Below are positions 1-9,419 of a stretch of DNA of 29,138 bases, piece by piece. A model generated the notes under the pieces. It saw nothing but the letters and a program-made list of their open reading frames with translations. It was not told the DNA's origin and did no database searches. Source of the DNA: Paramoeba atlantica (taxonomy: Eukaryota > Protista > Discosea). The DNA is taken from NCBI GenBank assembly GCA_977017575.1, contig CDRNVI010000234.1, forward strand, positions 1 to 29,138, written 5' to 3'. Positions within the stretch are counted from its first letter, which is position 1. Each line of letters opens with the position of its first letter. Both the position numbers and the translations under genes were made by a program.

Positions 1-336
1 CCAGTTGTCTTCTCATACTTCTGGAAAGTGGGGGTCAAGAGGTTAATAGTATCAACTTTTTTCAAAAGTAGTTCAAGGTCATCCATGAAGCTAGAGAGCT
101 TCTTAAGAGGGTGATTCTTGTTAAGGCTCACCAGCAATAAATCAAAGACAATTAGAAAGAGAAGAGGGGAAATTGGGCAGCTTTGTTAAACTCCAGTTTT
201 ACTGGTAATAGAGTCAGCTGAAAAGGAGGTGAGGAATGTTCTCAACCTTGGGAATCAAACATAATTGGCTCTCTCTAAAGGAGTCAGGAAATTTCATACT
301 TTCTCCTGCTTGTTGGATCAATTCAACCCACATCTC

Positions 337-761
337 TTTTTTTTTTTTCTTTTGGAGATAAACTTTATTCAATTAGTAGTTCTTAATCTAAGCCATTTAA
401 ATTACATTAAATTATGTTTGTTTTTAACCTCTAACAAGAGGTGAAGTTTTAAACTTCAGCTTAGTTCAGTCAGTCTTTATGCTGAACTTTAGAACTTCTG
501 CAAGTTCAGGCTGAAAAATGTACATCAAAAGGGAAAATAATCCAAAGCTCCTTCCAAGGGAATTTATTCTCAACTTTTTAGCAGACAGGGCTGAGATGTA
601 ACCTGTTCTGATTTTCACACTTCTTCAAAAGCTCCTCACTCCAATCAAATCACTCTTTTGCACCAGAAAAATTTTCTATAATATTGAAAAACTGAGATTT
701 GAACTTGCCCCCCTAGGGTTGGACAGAGTCAAATTTATAACTAAACTATGGGCACCAACTC
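337..761 (-). mobile_element. SINE-A, full length, tRNA-derived head (possibly Gly-like)
   Basis: Reverse strand starts gttggtgcccaTAGTTTAGTT (A-box-like) with AGTTCAAATCT (B-box-like), ends AATAAA plus A tail. Exact 12-bp TSD caacccacatct at 324-335 and 762-773. Further copies at 7705, 23461, 25179. tRNA isotype is a low-confidence guess. Confidence 0.88.
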
Positions 762-1098
762 CAACCCACATCTTTTGATATTTCTTATAAGTTTTTCAAT
801 AGAGGGAGAAGGGAATTCCATCAGGGCCTGCACTGGTATTGTTGGCTTGAAGGAACAGCTTCTCAATTTTCAGAAGATCTACTGTATGATTTTCAGAGTC
901 TGGGAAGTGGAAGAGGTGGTTATCAAGAAGTTCATCCAGGGCTTTGAGGTTATAAGGGCATTCAGTTCCCAGGAGATCACCCTAAAAACCTTTAATAGCA
1001 TCTCTCACAGTAGATGAGTCATGAAACAAGATGCCATCAACAATCACTCCTCTCACCTTGGGGGAGGACTTCTTGTTGGAACAAGCTGGGTGGTTGTT

Positions 1099-1418
1099 TT
1101 CTTTTTAACATTGGACTTTATTAGATGATGGTCTAACCCAAAGCCACTAATTTTTTAAGGTTAAAGATAACAAAGATAGAGTTTCACCTCTTTAGGTTCA
1201 AATGGTTCAAAGACCTTTAATTTACTTAAACTCCTTCTTAAGGAATTTATTCTCTGCTTTTTAGCAAACAGGGCAGAGGATAATCTGTTCTGTTTTTCAC
1301 ATTCAAGTGAGCAGGAAGAGAAAATAATGTTTTTAATATTTTCCTCTTTGGGATTTGAACCTACAACCCTGAATTGAAGCAATAGCTGTTTTACCAACTA
1401 AACCATCATGCTACAATT
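1099..1418 (-). mobile_element. SINE-B, full length, tRNA-derived head (Lys-like)
   Basis: Head aattgtagcatgaTGGTTTAGTTGG...cagggttgtaGGTTCAAATCC has A and B boxes and resembles a CpG-decayed tRNA-Lys T-arm. Ends AATAAAgtccaatgtt plus A tail. Exact 15-bp TSD agctgggtggttgtt at 1084-1098 and 1419-1433. Confidence 0.92.
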
Positions 1419-2088
1419 AGCTGGGTGGTTGTTGAGGAAGACTTCAAGTTGTTGTTCAAGACTTGATATCCAAGAGAGACCAACTTTAATCATCTGAGGA
1501 ATAATCTTTAATCTCCATTTCTGCCCTTTTGGAGGGTTATCCCAATTCTCAGCAGCTGCTTCTCTCAGTTCAGCTTCCAGGGAGGTGAAGGAATGAGCTG
1601 GGCTATCCTTTCTAAGGATTCAAGTTGTTCTCAGCTTCTTAACTAAAGTCTGCAATTTCCAAAGTTTCTTGAAGAGATGAGCTTCCTTGTGCTTGTTCTT
1701 CCACAGAGCAGTCAATCTTCAAGCTTCAGATTTCATTTTATCAAGACAGGTCACAGTGTCACCACAGAGTAGTTTCCAACAGCTTCAGAGAGAGTAGAGA
1801 TAAATTTGAGGTCATTAATTAGGTATTCAGGAATCCTCTTCTTCTGAGAGTTGATCTCTCACTCTTTTACATTGGCTCCTCCAATCATTACAATATGATC
1901 TTTGAATCCAGATGGGATTGCATTCACAAACAAACAGTCTTCAGGAGCCTCAGAGGGGAGGAAAATGTGGTCAATATATCAACCCTGAAAATGGGTAGGT
2001 TCCAACCAGTTGAGGCAAGACAGATTCAGTTCAGAGAGGTGTTCAATTAATTTCTGGCAATTGGTTTCATTCAAATCCCAATTGAGGT

Positions 2089-2716
2089 TGTGAGGAGGGG
2101 AGCAGGATCAACAGAGAAAACAAGAGAAAAGAAAGAGAAACAGAAACTCTGGATCAAAACCTTTATGGGAAAGATCCCCAGCCAACACAAACAGAACAAG
2201 AAAACAACAACAAAGAAACAGAAAAGCAAAAAGAAGAACAACAAAAGGAATCACAACCGAGAAAAGCACAGAATCGCCGAAACTCAACTCAAATCAGAAT
2301 CCCAAGCCTACACAGCAACCAAAGAAGGAAGAAAGCAACAAAAGATGATGACAACAAAAGAAGAGAACAGAAAGCAAGCAAGGCAAGCCAAAAGATCACA
2401 AAGGGAAGCAAAGAGAGAGAGAGAGAGCGACAAGAAAGCAGAAAGAAAGCAGAAGGCGGCAAAGCAGCAAGAAAAGGGGGGCAAAAAACACGAACGTGAA
2501 AACTGAATAAAAAGAGCGCTAAAAATCTCGTGATTTTGGCTAAAATCACGATAAAATGGCGCGCGGCTGTCTGTGAGGCTCAGGGCTCTCTGAAAGGACC
2601 AAAAACTCATGATAAAAGGCATCAAGGAAGCTCAGGGAAGGCTCAGGGAGGCTCAAGGAACTGAAAAGGCACTGAAAGGCACAACTTCCGTGTTGGAAGC
2701 AGGTCTCACCCCAACA
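2089..2716 (+). repeat. Internal fragment of the LINE X inter-ORF region
   Basis: Colinear with 11845-12468 of X1. No poly(A). Flanked by aggt (2085-2088, 2717-2720), where the uninterrupted W2 has one copy of the site (~22198). Confidence 0.9.
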
Positions 2717-2899
2717 AGGTCCCCAGCCAGAATATTTCTGCTCTGGGGGAAGAAAAACCAGGAAGATTCTTCCATTAGGTGTTCTAGTTTCAGACCAGGG
2801 TGGTGATAAACATTGAGGGCTGAAAATTCCTGATTTTGGATGGAAACTTTTAATCCAAACAATTCACCTTTATTTTTCTCAAAAAAGAAGGAAGTAGGA

Positions 2900-4724
2900 T
2901 TTTTTTTTTCCACTAGATATCAGAAGATACCATTAATTTATTAAGATAAAAAACCATCATATAGATGGAAAAGTTAGTTTAGGTCTTACCAATTGGTAAC
3001 ATAAGCATAGTTAATTTTATTTAAATCAGTTAAATATTAGCATAGTTTGTTAATCTTTATCATTACTTGGAGAAAGTCTACCTTCTTTAAAGATTATATG
3101 TCTTCTTTTCTTTCTTTTTCTTTTCTTTCTATTCTTTTCATTATCCAACATACTTTCACATAACTTGTCACTTGGAATTGAAGTAGAATATACATCATGA
3201 AGATCTTTAGAGAGGGCTACAGGTGTTATCAAGGTTCCATCAGGAGAGAGAGGTTTGGGGAAGTATACCATTTAAGTTGTAATTACTAATTCTTGAAATT
3301 TCCTCAAGAATGAGGCAGAGGGAATGGAATAACTCCAATCACGTTTGAGGGGGTTGTTCAGTTTAGTCCATAAGAGAAAGTTATCAACAATCCATTCTTC
3401 TTCAGTTTTTCCAACTTGTTTAGCATGAAGGTCCCATTTGGAATTATTTAACAGCAGCCATTCCATCCATAACTGACCAACTAGCAGCAGTAGCAATAGC
3501 ATCAACATGTTTGTTAAGTTCACAGAAAACATGGATAAATTCAGCATCTTCAAATTTAGCAGCAATTGCTCTAATCTCTATCAACAGGAGGTTAAGTTCA
3601 TGGTTGCTAATATTGTGATTCTTAGGAGCTGCCTTGGTTAATATCATACAATCACCAACAATTTGGATGTGGGAACCCAAACTTCTTGCATTCTTTAATC
3701 CCAGGAGACAGCCTTTGAATTCACCAACATTATTTGTACCAAAGGGAATAGTTTCAGCACCAGCCAGGATTTCCTTTCCATTTCTGAAGATAGCATACCC
3801 AGCACCACCAAGATGAGGATCAGTAGGGCCTGAACCATCATAGAAAACTTGTAAGCCTTTAAACTTAAACTTTTCAATCTCTCTCTTCTTTTTTGCAGAG
3901 GTTGGGTCTTTACAAGGAGGTTTGGAAAGGAGTTTGTTCTTCTTTAAGACTTTGTGAAAGATATCAATAGTATACTCAGCAGATTGGGATCCTTCAACAC
4001 ACACAGTTATCCACAGTGCAAGTAAGGCATCACTCACTATTGAGGTGAAGAGGTTTGAACAATATTGAGCAGTAAGTCCACACACAAAGGAAGAGGATTC
4101 CCAAGATGGGAGTTTCAACTTGATGCAGCTATGTCCCATCTTCTCAAGATAACTTTTTGCATAAATACAGGTTTCAAGGAGGTGGGTTCAAAATTTTTTC
4201 CCTTTCTTACATAATCAACAGGTAGGAGGTTCCAAAGTAAAGTGGGAGATCTTATCCATTGTAGAAAGACTACAAATCAAGAATTTGGTAAGGTTTTGTT
4301 GGAGTTGAGGTTTAAGAGTATGAGCTAAGTTGTAGACAATGCATTTGATCTTTCCACCCTCTTGGTAGATATCTTCAAGCACAATAGGTACTTGACAAGA
4401 AAGGAAACTATAGTTTGTTTTGGTTGAACCCCCCAGAATCACTTCTTTAGAGATTTTTGAAGCAGCAAAGGAAGCATCAAGTCTCATAGCTCCAATGGTC
4501 AAGAGATTCTTGTATTCACAACTTAGAGGTTTATAAGAGATAAGAAGAGCCCAATTGAAAAGAATGAAGTGGCGAACCTGACATTTACTACCCATAAGAG
4601 GATGGCAAGTAGTTAAAATGGTGGTTTTCAGATTGACATATGCTCCCAAGGCAGCTAGAATGAGTTTCCATACTATCACAGATACAGATTGGGGGATAAG
4701 CTTAAAGTGAGCTAAGTAGCCCAA
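2900..4724 (-). mobile_element. LINE family Y, 5'-truncated (post-RT region, CCHC, RNase H, Trp-rich domain, 3' UTR, poly(A)); left arm of palindrome
   Basis: ORFs 4215-4724, 3444-4139, 3272-3565 and 3050-3271 join into one decayed frame: TC*LCKKGKNFEPHLLETC (CX2CX8HX4C), VFYDGSG..TNNVGEFKG..IVGDC..NKHVDAIA (RNase H). AATAAA and T-run at 2900-2909. Confidence 0.92.
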
Positions 4725-4729
4725 TCCTT

Positions 4730-6430
4730 CAATCTGTATCTGTGATAGTATGGAAACTCATTTGAGCTGCCTTGGGAGCATATGCCAATCTAAAAACCAC
4801 CATTCTAACTGCTTGCCATCCTCTTATGGGTAGTAAATGTCAGGTTCACCACTTTATCCTCTTCAATTGGGCTCTTCTTATCTCTTGTAAACCTCTAAGT
4901 TGTGAATACAAGAATCCCTTGACCATTGGAGCTATGAGACTTGATGCTTCCTTTGCTGCTTCAAAAATCTCTAAAGAAGTGATTTTGGGGGGTCCAACCA
5001 AAACAAACTATAGTTCCCTTTCTTGTTAAGTACCTATTGTGCTTGAAGATATCTACCAAGAGGGTGGAAAGATCAAATGCATTGTTTACAACTTAGCTCA
5101 TACTCTTAAACCTCAGCTCCAATGGAACCTTTCTTTTTAACACTAGACTTTATTAGGTGATGGCCTAACCCAAAGCCACTAATTTTTTAAGGTAACTCTA
5201 ATGGAACCTTACCAAATTCTTGATTCATGGTCTCTCTACAATGGATAAGATTTCTCACTTTACTTTGGAACCTTCTACCTGTTGATTACATAAGAAAGAA
5301 AAAGAATCTTGAACCTACCTCCTTGAAACTTATATTCATACTAAAAGTTACCTTGAGAAGATGGGATAAAGCTGAAAAAAGTTGAAACTTCCATCTTGGG
5401 AATCTTCTACCTCTGTGTGTGGATTTACTGCTTAATACTGCCAAACCTCTTCACCTCAATAGTGAGTGCTGCCTTACTTGCACTGTGGATAATTATATGT
5501 GCTGAAGAGTCCCAATCAGCTGAATATACTATTGATATCTTCCACAAAGTTTTAAAGAAGAACAAGCTCCTTCTGAAACCTCCTCATAAAGATCTAACCT
5601 CTGCAAAGAAGAAGAGAGAGATTGAAAAGTTCAAGTTTTAAAGACTTACAAGTTTTCTATGATGGCTCAAGCTGTACTGATTCTCACCTTAGTGGTGCTG
5701 GCTATACTATTTAAAAATGAAAAGGAAATCCTGGCTGGTGTTAAAACTATTCCCTTTGGTACAAATAACATTGGTGAATTCAAAGGCTATCTCTTGGGAT
5801 TAAAGAGTGCAAAAGGTTTGGGTTCCCACATCCAAATTGTTGGTAATTGTATAATATTAACTAAGGCAGCTCCTAAGAATCACAATATTAGTAACCATAA
5901 ACTTAACCTCTTGTTGATTGAGATTAGAGCAACTGCTGCTAGGTTTGAAAATACTGAATTTATCCATGTTTTTTGTAAACTTAACAAATGTATTTACTAT
6001 TGCTACAACTTCTAGTTGGTCAGTTATAGATGGAATAGCTGCTGTTAATGATCTCAAATGGAACCTTCATACTAAACAAGTTGGAAAAACTAAAGAAGAA
6101 TGGATTGTTAACAACTCTTTCTTATGGATTAAACTGAACAACCTTCTTGAGCATGATTGGAGTTATTCCATTCCTTCTTCCTCACTCTTGAGAAAATTTC
6201 AAGGTTTAGTGATTACAACTTAAGTGATATACTTTTCTAAACCTCTAACCTTTAAAGAAGGTCAACTTCCTTCAAGTGATGATAAAGATTAATTAACTAT
6301 TCTAATAATTAACTGATTTAAATGTAATTAATTATATCTATATTACCAATTGGTAAGACCTAAACTCTATATGATGGTTTTTTATTTTAATAAATTAATG
6401 GCATCTTTTGATATCTAGTAAAAAAAAAAA
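4730..6430 (+). mobile_element. LINE family Y, inverted copy; right arm of palindrome
   Basis: Reverse complement of 2900-4691 with mostly transition differences, a SINE-B fragment at 5131-5193 and a deletion near 6250. Ends AATAAA (6389-6394) plus A-run 6420-6430. Confidence 0.92.
5131..5193 (-). mobile_element. SINE-B, 5'-truncated (3' 63 bp)
   Basis: Matches the SINE-B 3' end. 16-bp TSD agctccaatggaacct (5115-5130) / aactctaatggaacct (5194-5209). Absent from the left Y arm. Confidence 0.9.
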
Positions 6431-6478
6431 CCTAAGTGTCCTTCTAAATGCATTTTCACTAGGAATACTTCTCAACCA

Positions 6479-6840
6479 TGCAATAGATGTAGTAAGAAAT
6501 AGAACCAAAGGAATTTCCAAGAATCATTTTGTATGTTGATAATACCCAAGTTAGCAGGACAATCTGAGGCAATAATCATATTCTAAATATTTTAAACAGG
6601 TTCACAAAATTTCACAGATTCTATGCAACAAAAAGAGTTTTAACCATTCTTACTGTAAACAAAACTGTTGAATTATGTTTGTACTTTCAGCTGCCCAGTG
6701 AAGATTATTTCAGATCAAGGATGTAAATTTGATGCAAAACTGACCACTAAGTTTGGAAAAATGATGGGAGTGAATTTGAAATATACAATTAATTTCAATC
6801 CAAGAGCAAATGAAGTGGTTGAAAGACCTTGAAGAACAAG
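6479..6840 (+). pseudogene. Retroviral-type (rve, DDE) integrase remnant
   Basis: With frameshifts: CNRC (zinc-finger CxxC), YVD, NNHILNILNRFTKF (cf. IIDRFTKF), SCPVKIISDQGCKFDAKLTTKFGKMMGVNLKYTINFNPRANEVVER (cf. GxPxxIxSDQGxxF...G..LxxTxxYxPxANGxVER). Confidence 0.78.
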
Positions 6841-6886
6841 TTTGCTATGGTAAAAGACCACCCTACAGGGAGTTGAGCATATTTAT

Positions 6887-7209
6887 AATTGTGATATGAT
6901 GGCTTAGTTGGTAAAACAGCTATTACTTCAATTTGGGGTTGCAGGTTCAAATCCCAAAAAGGAAAATATTAAAAATATTATATTCTCTTCCTGCTCACTT
7001 GAATGTGAAAAATAGAACAGATTATCCTTTGCTCTGTTTGCTAAAAAGCAAAGAATAAATTCCCTAAGAAGGAGTTGAAGTGAATTAAAGATCTTTGAAC
7101 CATTTGAATCTAAAGAGGTGAAACTCTATCCTTATTATCTTTAACCTTAAAAAATTAGTGGCTTTGGGTTAGACTATCATTTAATAAAGTCTAGTGTTAA
7201 AAAGAAAAA
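6887..7209 (+). mobile_element. SINE-B, full length
   Basis: A box TGGCTTAGTTGG, B box GGTTCAAATCC, AATAAA, A tail. 17-bp TSD gagttgagcatatttat (6870-6886) / gagctgagcatatctac (7210-7226). Confidence 0.92.
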
Positions 7210-7704
7210 GAGCTGAGCATATCTACTGATAGTTCTTAGCTAACTCTATTCAATTATATTCTTCAGAAGCTCTGGCTTGTCTTTCAACAGAGTTGCTGAA
7301 GGAAATGCTAATTCAATACCATTATTTTTGAAAAAAGCAGTTCCAGGTATGAACCAAACAATTGCTAAGCTTTGGAAGATGATTGATATGAAGAATGCCT
7401 CCCTCTCCACCCACCTTGCTACCAAACTTAACCCATCTCTCATTAAAGGAGCCAAAATACTCTTTCCAGTAAGAGCCTTTACCTTTTCTAACAAGATTCC
7501 TACCTTTCCCAACTTCCTGAAAGCTATTGAAAGTCAAACCAACCTTAAGGGAAGTATTAAAGTGGAGGCAAGGGCCAAGCACTATGCTATTCTTGCTCAT
7601 AAGGAGGAAGACATTCTTATAATCCAATCTATTATTAAAAAGAAAAAAAATCTAATTGCCAACTAACTTGAAAGTACTTATATCTATAGAGTCAATCATG
7701 ATGA

Positions 7705-8018
7705 AGGTTGGTGTTTGTAGTTTAGTCATAAATTTGATTATATCCAACCAAATTATATTTCAGCCTTGTTTGCTAAAAAGTTGAGAATAAAATTCCTTGA
7801 AAGGAGCTTTGAATTATTCTCCCTTCTAATATCCTTCAACCTGAACTTACAAAAGTTCTAAAGTTCAACATAAAAACTAATTGAACTAAGCTAAAGTTTA
7901 AAACTTCACTTCTTGTTAAAGGTTAAAAACAAATATAATTTAATGTAATTCAAATGGCTTAGATTAAGAACTACTAATTGAATAAAGTCTGCTTCAAAAA
8001 GAAAAAAAAAAAAAAAAA
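7705..8018 (+). mobile_element. SINE-A with internal deletion (B box lost)
   Basis: Head ggttggtgtttgtagtttagtc jumps after ccaacc (~7745) to the core. AATAAA plus A tail. 13-bp TSD gtcaatcatgatg (7691-7703) / gttaatcataata (8019-8031). Confidence 0.85.
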
Positions 8019-8390
8019 GTTAATCATAATACTTATTTGTAGGGAATCAAGATTAAACTCCCTTTCCAAGTCTCAGAAAACAAGTGGATTTACAATTTAT
8101 TTAATAGAGAGAATTACCTTCCCTCTTTCAATTTCAAAGAAGTGATATAAGTTTCTGAAGACTGCATCATCATTTTCTACAAGTCTATTTCCCTTTTTCT
8201 AGTCCACCTTATTACCAAGACCAAAGGATTTATCTGAATCAATATCTTGATTAAAGCCAAGTGTTCCATTTGGATATTAATCAAACCATATTACCTCCTT
8301 ATTGAATGTCTTCTTTGTGGGGTGAACCATTCTGTAAGTTTAACTTGCACTGCAGAGATTATCCAGAAACAAGGAGAAGATACTATCAGC

Positions 8391-8696
8391 AATTGTAACA
8401 TGATGGCTTAGTTGGTAAAACAACTATTACTTCAATTCAGGGTTGTAGGTTTTAATTCCAAAGAGGAAAATATTAAAAACATTATTTTCTCTTCCTACTC
8501 ACTTGAATGTGAAAAACAAAACAGGTTTGCTAAAAAGCAGAGAATAAATTCCCTGAGAAGGAGTTTAAATAAATTAAAGATCTTTGGACCATTTGAACCT
8601 AAAGAGGTGATACTCTATCTTTATTATCTTTAACTTTAAAAAATTCATAACTTTGGGTTCACCCATTACTTAATAAAGTCTAGTGTTAAAAAGAAA
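8391..8696 (+). mobile_element. SINE-B, near full length
   Basis: A and B boxes (B degenerate), short deletion in the core. 13-bp TSD agatactatcagc (8378-8390) / agatatcattagc (8697-8709). Confidence 0.9.
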
Positions 8697-9162
8697 AGAT
8701 ATCATTAGCAAGTTTTTTAAAAAAAAACAACTAAGCTTTAGTCTTGAGAAAGACCAAATTATAATTACAAAAGCAAAGAAGTATGAAAGAATGAAATTTA
8801 TTTACAAAAAAGAAACACCAACTGAAGAATGGGTTTTTAAGGAAAAAGAGAAAATTGCTGAAATAGAGAAGGAAGAAGAAGGAATGAGCAATGGCTTTGA
8901 AATGTAAGGTAAGAATGAATAAAAAAAAAGAAAAGAGGATGGTGATAGAGATATAATTATGATTGAAGGGGGAAAAGCTGATAGTGAAGAAGAAAGTGAG
9001 GAAAAAGAAAAGAATAATAGGTCAGTTATAGTGAAAATCCCTTTGGAAAGAATATAATTAAAACTCAAAAAAATGATTACAAATCTTGAAAATAGGAAAT
9101 ATGAATTATTGAATGTAAGCTTTGACAAGTTTTGATTGAAATGGTTAAATTTATTGTTTTCT

Positions 9163-9253
9163 AATTGTGGTATGATGGCTTAGTTGGTAAAACAGCTATT
9201 GCTTCAATTTGAGGTTGCAGGTTCAAATCCCAAAGAGGAAAATATTAAAAACA
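9163..9253 (+). mobile_element. SINE-B 5' part (tRNA head), split by LINE X1
   Basis: Intact A box TGGCTTAGTTGG and B box GGTTCAAATCC. Body resumes at 16274. Outer TSD aaatttattgttt at 9147-9159 and 16519-16531. Confidence 0.9.
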
Positions 9254-9419
9254 AAAAAAAAAAAAAATAGGAGGTTCAAGATACAATTGTCTGAATTTCC
9301 TATCTTTTTGTAGTGTGTATTCTTGTGGCTGGTTGCCACAGAAAATATTATAGAAACCTCTTCACCCAGTGTAAAGGAAGGAGAGGGATTTCCTACCAGA
9401 AACACCTGGTTAGGATGAG

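Larger units (their letters stand above)
1..2899 (-). mobile_element. LINE family W copy 1 (degenerate APE-to-RT portion of ORF2), interrupted by two SINEs and a family-X fragment
   Basis: Manual minus-strand translation of segments 2717-2899, 1419-2088, 762-1098 and 1-336 gives APE motifs (LNVYHHP, GDLNW, EPTHFQG*YIDHIF, FKDH), then SAGPDGIPFSLY, then RT motifs TGV*QSCPISPLLF and FMDDL (78-89). Colinear with ORF2 of X1. RT has an internal deletion near 225. 5' side is replaced by the poly(A) of LINE Y. Confidence 0.9.
7260..9159 (+). pseudogene. ORF1 of LINE family U (N-terminal conserved region plus zinc knuckle), split by two SINEs; probably continues after 16532
   Basis: IPTFPNFLKAIESQTNLKGSIKVEARAKHYAILAHKEED aligns with X ORF1 LPNFNEVIKAIENVTSLKGKIFVNIKQGHFVISALKNMD. 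After removing SINE-A: YL*GIKIKLPFQVSENKWIYNLF..DCIIIFY..VHLITKTKGF..CLLCGVNHSVSLTC, vs X KLWGLKIRVPFEAKGVEWIQNLF..NCIILVY..VHLIAHTKGW..CPTCQINHPACLDC. Homology after ~8800 is weak. Confidence 0.8.

Noticed and set aside
1161-1397. Recurrent 67-78-aa ORF MVKQLLLQF.. (also 8412-8633, 21693-21896)
   Set aside because: It begins at a TTG inside the SINE A box and is broken by a stop or frameshift in the 6887 and 26036 copies. It recurs because the SINE recurs. A coding origin of the SINE body is not excluded but is unsupported.
2289-2625. F/L/S-rich hydrophobic ORFs (also 12043-12585, 16489-16674, 26415-26597, 28642-29138)
   Set aside because: Antisense shadows of A-rich strands; no domain or independent support.
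8372-8725. PIP-box-like EDTISKFFKKK formed when SINE-B is removed from U ORF1
   Set aside because: The aligned position in X ORF1 lacks the motif and the canonical Gln is absent; too short to support.
9163-9240. tRNA gene, including a possible TCA (Sec/suppressor) anticodon in cttcaat
   Set aside because: No paired anticodon stem and no 3' acceptor strand. It is a SINE head whose T-arm fits tRNA-Lys better.
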